64,000 nucleotides of DNA from Marinoscillum sp. (GCF_040222955.1 NZ_JAVKCA010000010.1:62239-126238), one strand, 5' to 3'. Positions 49,458-59,602 are shown, counted from the stretch's first letter. Made by a program: numbers and translations. The notes: generated from the sequence alone by a model not told the origin.

Positions 49458-50945
49458 TTAGTATCCTGTGTTTTGAGATAGTTTTGGATTGGTATCGATT
49501 TCTTTTTGTGGGATGGGTAAAAGCAAATGATTGGTGGTAGCATTCGTCTTACCTATGGAATGAAGAAAAGCTAGTGCATATGCTCCATCTCCCACGCGGA
49601 TGAGATCAAACCAGCGCTGTCCTTCAAAAGCCAATTCCATCCTGCGCTCATGTAATACTGCTTCCCGAAAACCCTCTTTACTTAAGCCCGTGGCAATGTC
49701 TTCCAGCCCTGCACGGTCTCGTACGCGGTTTAGCGGTGTTTCCGCTTCACTGGTTTGACCCAACTCATTCAATGCTTCTGCTTTCATCAATAGGATGTCA
49801 GAAAAACGCAGAATTGGAAAATTGAGCGGACTATTGTCATAGGATGCCGAGACAGCCAAGGGCACCAAAAATTTACGAACATTATATCCTGTCAGGGAGT
49901 ATGCTGCGTCGTAGGACTTACCATCAAACTGTGGACCCTGCTCATACAAAATGGTAGCATCTTTTCGTAGATCATCTTCTTCGTAAGAATTTACAAACTC
50001 CTCTGTGGGCTGATTCCATCCATAAGCGCCTGCCACAAAATTTGAGCCTCTCGGCCCCATAAATGCACTCGTCCAGGCCGCCTGATTTTCATTGCCCCAG
50101 AAACCATAGCCGCCATTACTTGCATACTGTACCTCAAAAAGAGATTCTACAGAATTTTCAGCAGCCGGATTGAAGTTATCTGCGTAGTTTTCATTGAGGT
50201 CATATCCTAGTCCCTCTATCTCTGAGGTAAGGTCCACTACTTGTTGCCAATTACCTAATGTTAGGTGTACTTTTGCCAACATTCCCAGTGCCGAGCCTTT
50301 AGAAGCTCTGCCCAAATCACCAGCAGAATACGTGTTTTTTTCTGGCAAAAGATCTACTGCCAGCTCCAGGTCTGAAATAATCTGCGCCCAAACGAGTTCT
50401 TCCGAATCACGTGCAGGATATAGATCATCATCTGCACTTTGAGGTTCTACAATCAGAGGGACGTCTCCAAAAAAGCGGACTAGAATAAAGTAATAATGCG
50501 CCCGGAGAAAATATGCCTCTCCCATTGATCGATCCTTGATTTCCTGATCAATACTCAGCTCGGGAGCCACTTCCAGCGCAATATTTGCTCGCAGTATGCC
50601 CGGCCATGGTCCTCTCCAAAGATCAAGTACCCCGGCGTTATCAGATGTGGTAACAAAATTGGAAAGATCCTGAGTCTCGATACCATCTGTACCTCCGCCC
50701 GCACCAACTATGCTGTTTCCAGCCATGATGTCGGTTGTCCACATACGCAAATTATACAGCTTAGGCCATTGCAATGGCTGGTATGCCCCATTTACAAGAG
50801 AAACCAGCTCAGATTCATTGGTAGGATAATTTCCCGTATTTATTGTGTCAAGAGGCGCTTTCTCCAAGTAATCTTCAGAACAGGCTGCACAAAACAGTAC
50901 GGCCATGGATAAATATATATTTCTTAGCAATTTCATATTAGTCAT
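49458..50945 (-). CDS. susD: SusD/RagB family nutrient-binding outer-membrane lipoprotein
   Basis: Lipobox VLFCAACSED. A TPR-like helical SusD fold is present. It is 3 bp downstream of susC. Confidence 0.9.
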   Translation of the reverse strand: MTNMKLLRNIYLSMAVLFCAACSEDYLEKAPLDTINTGNYPTNESELVSLVNGAYQPLQWPKLYNLRMWTTDIMAGNSIVGAGGGTDGIETQDLSNFVTTSDNAGVLDLWRGPWPGILRANIALEVAPELSIDQEIKDRSMGEAYFLRAHYYFILVRFFGDVPLIVEPQSADDDLYPARDSEELVWAQIISDLELAVDLLPEKNTYSAGDLGRASKGSALGMLAKVHLTLGNWQQVVDLTSEIEGLGYDLNENYADNFNPAAENSVESLFEVQYASNGGYGFWGNENQAAWTSAFMGPRGSNFVAGAYGWNQPTEEFVNSYEEDDLRKDATILYEQGPQFDGKSYDAAYSLTGYNVRKFLVPLAVSASYDNSPLNFPILRFSDILLMKAEALNELGQTSEAETPLNRVRDRAGLEDIATGLSKEGFREAVLHERRMELAFEGQRWFDLIRVGDGAYALAFLHSIGKTNATTNHLLLPIPQKEIDTNPKLSQNTGY

Positions 50946-50947
50946 CT

Positions 50948-53900
50948 TTAAAATTTGACATTCAGTCCAATCGATACAGTTCTTGTCACCGGATAAAGAT
51001 TATTATCGATACCATCTACACCCACTTCAGGATCAAGACCAGAATAATTAGTGAAAGTGAACAGGTTTTGACCAGACAGGTAGACCTTCGCACCTCCAAA
51101 GCTCCCTCTGCCAATAAGCTTTGCAGGGATGTTATAGGCCAGTGTAATATTTTTAACTCTTAGGTAAGATCCATCCTCAATGTACCTGTTTGAAGGTCTG
51201 GCGTTATTATTAGGATCACCATAAATAGCCCGAGGCATGGTGTTACTGGTACCAGGCCCCATCCATCGATCAAGAACAGATGCGTTCTGGTTTGTTGTAA
51301 TAGCCATTCCTTCCGTATATATCCTGTTAGCATTGAAAATATCCCTTCCCTGAACACCCTGCAGAAAGATATTTAATGAAAAATTTCCATAGGTAAGGGT
51401 GTTATTCAATGAATAAATAAAGTCTGGATTGGGGTTGCCAAGGAAAGTCCGATCATTGTCATTGATAATCCCATCATTGTTCAGGTCCTGGAACCGGATA
51501 TCACCTGCTGATGTACTAGTCGCTGATGAGCTCCCAGGAATCTGGACGGCACTTTGCTGTACACCCTCATCTGTCTGAAAGATGCCATCTGTAACAAACC
51601 CGTAGAAGACGTTGACCGGATATCCGGGCTGTATCCTTGCCAGGTTATAGTTAAGTCCTATTCCTCCCCGGGTCAACGGCGTTTCACTATTAATATCAAT
51701 CACTTCATTATGATTGAAAGAGAACACAATATCAGATGTCCAGATTAATTTCTCATGCTCAATATTCACGGTATTAATAACTGTCTCAATACCCTTATTT
51801 CGCATTTGTCCGGCATTAATTGACGGTACGTAAATATCAGAATAGCCCGATGTTACCGGAACAGACTGAGGAACCAGCATATCTTTCGTATTCTTAACAT
51901 ATCCATCAATAGTGGCACTTACTCTACCCTTGAACATTGTCAAATCCAATCCGACATTTATTTGCTCCTGTGACTCCCACCGAACATTCGTATTGGGAAG
52001 TACGGTCGGCACAACAGCACTTACAAAAGTGTTGTTGAAGTTGTAGAGGTAAGTGTTGTAAGAGGACGCGAATGAATAGTTTCCAATCTCCTGATTTCCG
52101 GTAATACCGTATCCACCTCTTATTTTCAGATCCTCTATGAAGCCAACATCAAAGAAATCCTCCTGTGATACTCGCCAGGCCACGGAGCCTGACGGGAATG
52201 TACCGTATCTGTTACCCTCACCAAATCTGGATGAACCATCCCGCCTTACTGTTCCAGTGAGGTAATACTTGCTTTCAAAGTCCAGATTGAACCTTACGAA
52301 ATAAGAAAAAAGCGCCCATTCAGACCCACTACCATCCAAGTTCATCTGCGCGATTCCATTGTTCAATGTTTGTGTTTCTTCACTTTGAAAATCCTGAATA
52401 GAACCACTGATAAATTCGAAATCATTTTGCTGTGCACTTGATCCGATAAGTGCAGTTAAATTCAAGCCGTTATCTAAACTTTGCTGATATGTAAGGGTAT
52501 TGTCCCACAGTAAAGTGATACTTTGATTAGCCGCTTCATATAAGTATGCATTTTGTGAAATATCTGAATCCCATTCATAAGATGGAGTCCATGTGCGGTT
52601 TTTCCAGATATTAGCTTCTACGCCTCCGATTGACTTAAAAGTGAGATACTTTAAGAATGTAATTTCTCCAAAGAGTGAACCTTGTGCATTGTATCCACGA
52701 GTACTCATATCCACAATAGTGGCTTTCCCAATCGGGTTATCAACATCTCCGGAGTACAAAGGCTGTCCAATAGCACCTGAAAAACCGCCATCCTCACGTC
52801 TTATTGGCTGGGTGGGCAATGAAAGAATTGCATTTTGAATATTAAACTCTCCCTGTTCTTTAATGTCATGGTTGAGTTTAAGGCTATTGCCAAATTTTAC
52901 GTTCCTGGTAATTTCCGTATCAGTATTGAATTGAAGGTTGTATCTTTTATAACCGGTATTCAGTATGATTCCCTCCTGATCGAAATAATTTAAAGAGGTA
53001 TACACGTTGGATTTATCATTCCCATTGGAATAAGAAAGTGTATAACTGTTTACTTTTCCTCTGTCAAAAAATGCCCCTAACCAGTCGGTTCCGTTTCCAA
53101 GAGATTCAGGGTCAGCAAAATCAGGATTGGGGTCCAAACCTCCATTGGTCAACATCTCATTGCTTAGCTGAGCAAACTCCTTTGCATTCAAAACATCAAG
53201 TGTATTGGTAGCTTCAGTGATTCCCGTATAGGCATCAAATGTGACTGATGCTTCCCCCCTCATTCCTCGTTTTGTAGTGATCAACACCACACCATTTGCT
53301 CCTCTAGCTCCATAAATGGCTGTTGCCGAAGCGTCTTTCAGCACTTGAACGGACTCTATATCACTCATGTTGATTTGGTTCAGTCCGCCATTTAAAGGCA
53401 TTCCGTCAACTACAATGAAAGGATCATTGTTATTGATGGTTCCGGTACCTCTTATTCTAAATGTAGGATTATTTCCGGGTTGTCCAGATGTAGTAACGCT
53501 AACTCCGGCAGCTCTCCCCTGAATTGCATCACCAATATTGGAGACTGGTTGTTGCCCCAGGTCATCCGGATCAACTATGGATACTGCACCTGTTAGATCT
53601 TTGGTTTTGGTTTTTCCATAGCCAATTACAACAACTTCTTCGAGACTGGTGAGGTCTGTAGATAGGGAAGCGTTAATAACAGATTGCCCATTTAGTACAA
53701 CTTCTTGAGACATATATCCGACAAAGGAGAATACTAGCACCGCATCCTTTGGAACTTCCAACGAGAAGTTTCCCTCAATATCTGTTATTGTACCTAAAGA
53801 GGTATTTTTGACTTTGACCGTGGCGCCAGGTAACCCTTCTCCATTTTCATCGGTGACCTTTCCGGTTACAACTATATCATCAATTTGCTGTTCATCGCTT

Positions 53901-54040
53901 AAAGATAACTCGTGTGAATTTGCTTGAACTGTCAGCATACCACATACTGCCCATATGAACAAGGCAAGTTTGGCTGTTTTCCTCCCAACCTTTTCAATCA
54001 GCATGGGGTCGAGAAAACTCATGTGTAAAATTGAACTCAT
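50948..54040 (-). CDS. susC: SusC/RagA family TonB-linked outer-membrane transporter
   Basis: 1030 aa. It has a CarboxypepD_reg domain (VTGKVTDENGEGLPGATVKV), a plug, a barrel, and the C-terminal ...GLNVKF. It is immediately followed by susD. Confidence 0.9.
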   Translation of the reverse strand: MSSILHMSFLDPMLIEKVGRKTAKLALFIWAVCGMLTVQANSHELSLSDEQQIDDIVVTGKVTDENGEGLPGATVKVKNTSLGTITDIEGNFSLEVPKDAVLVFSFVGYMSQEVVLNGQSVINASLSTDLTSLEEVVVIGYGKTKTKDLTGAVSIVDPDDLGQQPVSNIGDAIQGRAAGVSVTTSGQPGNNPTFRIRGTGTINNNDPFIVVDGMPLNGGLNQINMSDIESVQVLKDASATAIYGARGANGVVLITTKRGMRGEASVTFDAYTGITEATNTLDVLNAKEFAQLSNEMLTNGGLDPNPDFADPESLGNGTDWLGAFFDRGKVNSYTLSYSNGNDKSNVYTSLNYFDQEGIILNTGYKRYNLQFNTDTEITRNVKFGNSLKLNHDIKEQGEFNIQNAILSLPTQPIRREDGGFSGAIGQPLYSGDVDNPIGKATIVDMSTRGYNAQGSLFGEITFLKYLTFKSIGGVEANIWKNRTWTPSYEWDSDISQNAYLYEAANQSITLLWDNTLTYQQSLDNGLNLTALIGSSAQQNDFEFISGSIQDFQSEETQTLNNGIAQMNLDGSGSEWALFSYFVRFNLDFESKYYLTGTVRRDGSSRFGEGNRYGTFPSGSVAWRVSQEDFFDVGFIEDLKIRGGYGITGNQEIGNYSFASSYNTYLYNFNNTFVSAVVPTVLPNTNVRWESQEQINVGLDLTMFKGRVSATIDGYVKNTKDMLVPQSVPVTSGYSDIYVPSINAGQMRNKGIETVINTVNIEHEKLIWTSDIVFSFNHNEVIDINSETPLTRGGIGLNYNLARIQPGYPVNVFYGFVTDGIFQTDEGVQQSAVQIPGSSSATSTSAGDIRFQDLNNDGIINDNDRTFLGNPNPDFIYSLNNTLTYGNFSLNIFLQGVQGRDIFNANRIYTEGMAITTNQNASVLDRWMGPGTSNTMPRAIYGDPNNNARPSNRYIEDGSYLRVKNITLAYNIPAKLIGRGSFGGAKVYLSGQNLFTFTNYSGLDPEVGVDGIDNNLYPVTRTVSIGLNVKF

Positions 54041-54155
54041 ACGCTCTTACGTTTGGTTTAGACTTAAATGAAAACATGATCCTTGTTATGACCACATCGA
54101 TTAAGCAAACTTGTCGAGCTTAATATGAATTAGAAATTTTTCAGGCTTTTAGGTA

Positions 54156-54210
54156 AAATATTTTCAATAGTTAAGTCATGTAACTCACTGATATTGAAAT
54201 ATTTTCAAAA
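54156..54210. promoter_or_regulatory. Direct repeat AAATATTTTCAA (x2, 41 bp apart) with an embedded near-palindrome TTGAAatattTTCAA in the susC upstream region
   Basis: The repeat copies are at 54156-54167 and 54197-54208. The palindrome is at 54194-54208. The site lies about 115-170 bp upstream of the susC start, between the regulator gene and susC. Confidence 0.3.
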
Positions 54211-54285
54211 TCCACCTCAACTATTTGAGGTAAATAAAAAGTAAATGGATTTGGTCAATTTTAGAGGCTAAAAGATTAAAGGCAG

Positions 54286-55884
54286 TTACTCAAACGTCTT
54301 AATTCTCATTAAATGAACATCAAACTCATCACTCGAAAGAACAGACAGTTTTTTCACTTTATTTTTGTAGTTGTAGATAGTGCGTACAGAGTAGCCAAGA
54401 ATACTGGCAATTTGCTCGTGCTCAGTGATCCCGATTCGAATCAAAGCAAAAATCCGCAACTCAGTAGGTAACGGGTTTTCGTCATCCAGCTTGAACTGAT
54501 CGTCCGCTTTAAAGAATGAATTGAAATCCGAGATGAAGTTTGGAAAAAGCTTTAGAAATATTTCATCAAATTTTTTATTCAACCTTGCTGTCTCGCTCTC
54601 AATATCAAACTGTTTTAGGGTGTATTTCAAATCTTCATATCTCTTTTCAATAAGCTTCTTGTTAATATCCATTTTGAATTTATCAAGCTTATGGAGATAT
54701 TCAGAATCCTTAGCAAACGAAAAACCAACATACTCCTCCTTGATAGCATTAGACTCGATCAGTTTTTCGTTTAATTCCTTCAGGTTTTCGTAGGCGAGAG
54801 ACAGGCTTCTCTTGGTTCTGTTTAGCTTTTGGTTTTGTCTGTATATAATGAAAGCGAAAAAAACAATTAGCAGTGAAAGAACGCTGACCAATACCAGATA
54901 ACCCAAAAGTTTTTTACTCTTATCCCGAGCATTTAGTAGCATAGCACTCTCAATCAGCGGCAACAGGCTTGAAACTTGAATGACTCGTTGTTTAGCTCCG
55001 TAAAATTTAGCGTCTCTTGCTGCCTGGTCAATGTAGATTGATGCTGGCTCAATAGCACCTTGCTCGTACATATAGCCAGCGAGTTCCATAGTAGCTACTG
55101 TTTCTTTTGTGGCAGACTGAATATCAGCAATGGCTGCACGAATGATCATATCCAAGTACTCCTTTTCGTTGTTTAGCGCCCTGTTAATTTTGCCCAATGA
55201 ATAAAATGCCATGGCTTTTTGATGTAGGCTAACGTCAAATTGCTCGATGATTTGATGGAAAAGATATAAGGCCTCCCGGTAATTACCACTTGCTTCTGCC
55301 TTCAATCCCCTTAAGCGATAGAATTGGAGTGTATTATCTTGAGTTAATGACAATGCTGAATCAAGGTACAAATTGCCGAGTTTACCATAGCGCTCCACAA
55401 AATAATCGACATTGTTAAAGGAACTGAGGTCGAAGTAGGTGCGCCCCATGGATTCATAGTATCTGACAGCCAGACTTACTGGCAAAGTGGATGAGTTAAT
55501 ACCTTCCAAAGTCTGATATGCCTCTTTGTACATGCCCGCCGAACGAAAAATAAAAGCAAGATTTAACTTGGCTTCCGCTTGTTTTGGGTAATCAGCCATT
55601 TTTTCCGCTAACTCCAACATTCTATTCCCATACTTAAAAGCAGAATCAAACTGAAAGGAACTGTAATCAAGCCAAAGTGAATCACAGACCTGAAAAAGTT
55701 CAAATTCTGACATTTCACTACTAAGCCTATTTTTATAATGCAGAATCCGTAGCTGTTTCTGCTCAACATATTGACTCTGATTTGTAATGGTTTGATTTAG
55801 TTCCTGCAACAGGCTGTCAGTGTTTGCCCAGCTGGTAAAGGCTAGAGTTATCAATGGGAGGCTAAGCAGAAAGCGCATAAACAT
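54286..55884 (-). CDS. Membrane-anchored putative PUL regulator: signal/TM, TPR-repeat domain, TM helix, coiled coil and C-terminal HTH
   Basis: 532 aa. N-terminal signal MFMRFLLSLPLITLAFTSWA. It has multiple TPR-like repeats (AKLNLAFIFRSAGMYKEAYQTL..., YYESMGRTYF...). The internal TM is LLGYLVLVSVLSLLIVFFAFIIY. The C-terminus TELRIFALIRIGITEHEQIASILGYSVRTIYNYKNKV is HTH-like. It sits directly upstream of susC on the same strand. Confidence 0.6.
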   Translation of the reverse strand: MFMRFLLSLPLITLAFTSWANTDSLLQELNQTITNQSQYVEQKQLRILHYKNRLSSEMSEFELFQVCDSLWLDYSSFQFDSAFKYGNRMLELAEKMADYPKQAEAKLNLAFIFRSAGMYKEAYQTLEGINSSTLPVSLAVRYYESMGRTYFDLSSFNNVDYFVERYGKLGNLYLDSALSLTQDNTLQFYRLRGLKAEASGNYREALYLFHQIIEQFDVSLHQKAMAFYSLGKINRALNNEKEYLDMIIRAAIADIQSATKETVATMELAGYMYEQGAIEPASIYIDQAARDAKFYGAKQRVIQVSSLLPLIESAMLLNARDKSKKLLGYLVLVSVLSLLIVFFAFIIYRQNQKLNRTKRSLSLAYENLKELNEKLIESNAIKEEYVGFSFAKDSEYLHKLDKFKMDINKKLIEKRYEDLKYTLKQFDIESETARLNKKFDEIFLKLFPNFISDFNSFFKADDQFKLDDENPLPTELRIFALIRIGITEHEQIASILGYSVRTIYNYKNKVKKLSVLSSDEFDVHLMRIKTFE

Positions 55885-56261
55885 GAGAAACCAATATTAA
55901 AACTAGTGGAAGGTCAAATCAAAATAAGACTCAAGAGCAACAAAACTAATTAGATAGGCTCTCAAATAGTTAGCTCAAGATAATTAAGTACTTGAGTCAA
56001 AGCAAGGCATTTAATAGATAGCCCCTGGATCGTGTAAGTCGGTTCATTGATTAGCTGCCTTAGAGTTCTCAGAATGTCCAGGCACCTTCTTCCTTGTTAA
56101 CCGAATTGTTAACTGATCATATGAAAAATGATGAATTCCAAGGGACCTTTTTTGACCACAAAATTCGACTATTCTAACCTTCCCCACAGCTTTTCGGATG
56201 GATCAAAATGATCCGCAGGTTTAATAAGACTCTCCTCCCTTTCATTTTCACAGGTTAAACC

Positions 56262-56300
56262 AAAGAAACCCTGGCCTCTTAATAAGACCAGGGTTTTCAA
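56262..56300 (-). terminator. Hairpin plus T-tract downstream of dnaK (terminator candidate)
   Basis: aaaccctggcctcttaataagaccagggtttt. On the minus strand the stem is followed by TTCTTTGGTTT. A second short hairpin (ctgaca-ctgc-tgtcag) lies at 56333..56348, directly after the dnaK stop. Confidence 0.45.
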
Positions 56301-56399
56301 TCTATCTCTGTAGGGTGACTACAAGAACACTACTGACACTGCTGTCAGCACGGGCCCGGGTTTCCCCTAAATGGAAGGCCTGAAGTGCGTCCGTTAGGA

Positions 56400-58328
56400 C
56401 TACTTCTTCTCTTCGTCTACCTCTTCAAACTCTACATCTGACACGTCAGAGTCGGCATTGCCGGCATCTGCTCCGCCAGTAGGATCAGCACCTTGCGCTG
56501 CCTCTGCTCCACCTGCAGCCTGCTGTGCAGCATAGATCTCCTGAGAAGCGGCCTGCCATGCGGCGTTGAGTGCTTCCATACCAGCATCTATCGCTGCTAT
56601 GTCTCTGGATGCATGTGCTTCTTTCAACTTAGCCAGGGCTCCTTCAATCGCCGTTTTGTTGCCCTCAGAAAGTTTCTCACCATACTCCTTCAACTGACTC
56701 TCCGTTTGGAAAATCAACGAATCGGCCTGGTTTACTTTCTCCACTTTTTCCTTCTCAGCCTTATCAGACTCTGCATTGGCCTGAGCTTCCTGCTTCATTT
56801 TCTCGATTTCCTCGTCGGTCAAGCCGGAAGAAGCCTCAATTCTGATTTTCTGCTCTTTGTTCGTGCCTTTGTCTTTAGCAGACACTTGCAGGATACCATT
56901 GGCATCTATGTCAAATGTCACTTCGATCTGAGGCACTCCTCTTGGTGCTGGTGGGATACCATCCAGGTGGAATCTACCGATGGTTCTGTTGTCCTTCGCC
57001 ATTGGTCGCTCGCCCTGGAGCACGTGGATTTCCACAGAAGGCTGATTGTCAGCTGCTGTAGAGAACGTCTCAGATTTCTTAGAAGGAATGGTCGTGTTGG
57101 ACTCGATCAGTTTGGTCATCACACCACCCATGGTCTCAATACCCAAAGAAAGTGGTGTCACATCCAAAAGCAGGACGTCCTTCACCTCTCCGGTCAATAC
57201 ACCACCCTGAATCGCAGCACCTATGGCCACTACTTCGTCAGGGTTTACTCCTTTAGAAGGCTTTCTGCCAAAAAACTTCTCTACTTCTTCCTGAATTCTG
57301 GGGATACGTGTAGAACCTCCTACCAAAATCACCTCATCGATTTCCGATGCTGCAAGGCCAGAGTCTGCCAACGCTTTCTTGCAGGGCTCCATTGATCTTC
57401 TCACCAGGTCCTCACTCAACTGCTCAAACTTGCTTCTGGAAAGTGATCTTACCAGGTGCTTAGGCACACCGTCTACCGGCATGATATATGGTAGGTTGAT
57501 CTCCGTAGAAGATGAACTCGACAACTCTATTTTCGCTTTTTCAGCTGCTTCTTTCAATCGCTGAAGAGCCATCGGATCTTTTCTAAGGTCCAGTCCTTCG
57601 TCTTTTTTGAATTCCTCCGCCAGCCAGTTGATGATTACACCGTCAAAGTCATCACCACCCAGGTGAACATCACCATTGGTAGATTTTACTTCAAACACAC
57701 CATCACCCAACTCAAGGATTGAAATATCGAATGTACCACCACCAAGGTCATACACCGCGATTTTCATATCTGCATTTTTCTTATCCAGACCGTAGGCTAA
57801 TGCCGCCGCTGTGGGCTCATTGATGATCCTTTTCACTTCCAGGCCTGCAATCTGTCCGGCTTCTTTCGTAGCCTGACGCTCCGCGTCGTTGAAATAAGCA
57901 GGCACGGTGATTACTGCCTCGGTGACTTCCTGCCCCAAAAAGTCCTCTGCGGTTGACTTCATTTTCTGAAGAATCATGGCAGAAAGCTCCTGAGGAGTAT
58001 AATTTCTGTCGCCGATTTTCACCCGCACTGTATCATTGGTGCCAGCCTCCAGGCCGTAAGAAACATTCTTTCTTTCTTCTGTCACCTCTGAATACTTCTT
58101 GCCCATGAATCTCTTCACTGAGCTAATGGTGTTCTGAGGATTGGTGATGGCCTGACGTTTTGCAGGATCTCCAACTTTTCTCTCTCCGTTACCATTATCC
58201 AAAAACGCCACGATAGATGGTGTGGTCCTGCGCCCTTCACTGTTCTGAATCACTACAGGCTCGTTACCCTCCATTACCGCCACGCATGAGTTGGTAGTAC
58301 CTAAGTCTATGCCGATAATTTTTCCCAT
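56400..58328 (-). CDS. dnaK: Molecular chaperone DnaK (Hsp70)
   Basis: [33 protein letters not shown], and the acidic C-terminal tail ending EEVDEEKK. Confidence 0.97.
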   Translation of the reverse strand: MGKIIGIDLGTTNSCVAVMEGNEPVVIQNSEGRRTTPSIVAFLDNGNGERKVGDPAKRQAITNPQNTISSVKRFMGKKYSEVTEERKNVSYGLEAGTNDTVRVKIGDRNYTPQELSAMILQKMKSTAEDFLGQEVTEAVITVPAYFNDAERQATKEAGQIAGLEVKRIINEPTAAALAYGLDKKNADMKIAVYDLGGGTFDISILELGDGVFEVKSTNGDVHLGGDDFDGVIINWLAEEFKKDEGLDLRKDPMALQRLKEAAEKAKIELSSSSSTEINLPYIMPVDGVPKHLVRSLSRSKFEQLSEDLVRRSMEPCKKALADSGLAASEIDEVILVGGSTRIPRIQEEVEKFFGRKPSKGVNPDEVVAIGAAIQGGVLTGEVKDVLLLDVTPLSLGIETMGGVMTKLIESNTTIPSKKSETFSTAADNQPSVEIHVLQGERPMAKDNRTIGRFHLDGIPPAPRGVPQIEVTFDIDANGILQVSAKDKGTNKEQKIRIEASSGLTDEEIEKMKQEAQANAESDKAEKEKVEKVNQADSLIFQTESQLKEYGEKLSEGNKTAIEGALAKLKEAHASRDIAAIDAGMEALNAAWQAASQEIYAAQQAAGGAEAAQGADPTGGADAGNADSDVSDVEFEEVDEEKK

Positions 58329-58593
58329 TGTTAACTATTTATTTTAAAGTCTTGAAAATTCTTTTTCGTCGTTTATCCTTTTATCAATGGTTGTGCCAAC
58401 AAGAAAATGACAGCCTATTTATGACAGATTGTCAGAACACTCCCCGCAAACTGACGGTCTAACCGGACAGATTTGTGCAGAGAATTGGCATTTAAACTTA
58501 TTTATCACAAAATTCGCATGATTCCAGAGCGCTTTTTTTTAACTTAATGCACTAAATCAAAAAAACACTTCCTAGCGTCTTAACTAAACGATC

Positions 58594-59310
58594 ATGAAAA
58601 ATAAAATTCCTGAATGGCTGGCCAATTTTCCAATGATTGGTTTTGCTTTTTTTGCCATCGCGATATTGATCACCATCACGTATTTTTTCATGCTGGCCAC
58701 TGCTGGCAAAAGGACCAAAAAATTTATTTTCGCTTCGGCTAAAGAAACGGTTTATTTCGACATTGCCACTCGCTTCGTTGCTTTTGGCCTGGTATTCTTT
58801 GCTTTCTATGCCATCATAAACTGGATAGGGAAAGCAGCCATCTACCACATCTTTGGAGCCGGATTTTTCTCCATTATTATCGGTGTGGCGTTCGGCTATG
58901 CCTTTTGGGCCATTGTGAAGTATTACTACCCATTCGTACTGGAGAAGCGCCTCGATAAGATTCGATTTAAGCCGATGAAGTCCAAAGCCGGGAATCCTAT
59001 GAGACTACTCAATGAGGAAGAAGAAGATGAGTATATGACCCCTGCGATGATTGAAGAAGAAGACAATCACATTGCAGACTATGACATCTGGGTAGATGAA
59101 AAGACTGGCGAAAAGGTGGTGGAAAAATACGACATGCTCTTTCATGCACTGGTATGTGAGAAGTGTAATTACCGAACCATGAGAGACCTGAAGGAAGAAG
59201 TGGTGAAAGAAGCCAGTACCTCTGAAGAGGGGCTGATTGTAAAATATTACAAGTGTACCTACTGCGGACACTCCAAATCTCAGGAGCTGAAGGTGGCGCA
59301 GCTGAGCTAA
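58594..59310 (+). CDS. Hypothetical membrane protein with C-terminal double CxxC zinc-ribbon
   Basis: Four TM helices, an acidic linker (EEEEDEYMTPAMIEEEDNH), then CEKCNYRT...CTYCGHS. It is transcribed divergently from dnaK. Confidence 0.6.
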   Translation: MKNKIPEWLANFPMIGFAFFAIAILITITYFFMLATAGKRTKKFIFASAKETVYFDIATRFVAFGLVFFAFYAIINWIGKAAIYHIFGAGFFSIIIGVAFGYAFWAIVKYYYPFVLEKRLDKIRFKPMKSKAGNPMRLLNEEEEDEYMTPAMIEEEDNHIADYDIWVDEKTGEKVVEKYDMLFHALVCEKCNYRTMRDLKEEVVKEASTSEEGLIVKYYKCTYCGHSKSQELKVAQLS

Positions 59311-59330
59311 CACCTGCTAAAAGACATGAA

Positions 59331-59362
59331 AACCTGTTGAGTTTGACTCAACAGGTTTTTTT
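59331..59362. terminator. Rho-independent terminator (11-bp perfect stem plus T7), bidirectional
   Basis: aacctgttgagt-ttga-ctcaacaggtt-ttttttt lies 20 bp after the stop of the zinc-ribbon membrane protein. An A/T tract precedes it on the other strand for the convergent small ORF. Confidence 0.8.
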
Positions 59363-59373
59363 ATGGTCAGGCA

Positions 59374-59559
59374 TTAATCTTTCTCCTTTTTACTAATGAC
59401 ATAGCGCACCAGAAACAATAACACCACCACACCAATAATGAGTACCGGGGCCATTTTGTGTACCTCTTCCAGTGATTCGGGATTGTTCTCCCCATCCATA
59501 ACAAAATAGATGAGCACGCCAATGCCAAAGTACAGCGCATATCTGTAGGGCTTTTTCAT
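59374..59559 (-). CDS. Hypothetical small membrane protein (61 aa, 2 TM)
   Basis: MKKPYRYALYFGIGVLIYFVMDGENNPESLEEVHKMAPVLIIGVVVLLFLVRYVISKKEKD. The 3' end is placed at the bidirectional terminator. I recognise no homology. Confidence 0.4.
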   Translation of the reverse strand: MKKPYRYALYFGIGVLIYFVMDGENNPESLEEVHKMAPVLIIGVVVLLFLVRYVISKKEKD

Positions 59560-59602
59560 CGCGCTAAAATAAGGTCAATTTCTGAAAGGGTTGACCCTCA
59601 AC

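Noticed and set aside
56493-57395. 300-aa + strand ORF
   Set aside because: It is antisense within dnaK. It is Leu/Arg/Cys-rich, as is typical of a GC-skewed shadow frame.
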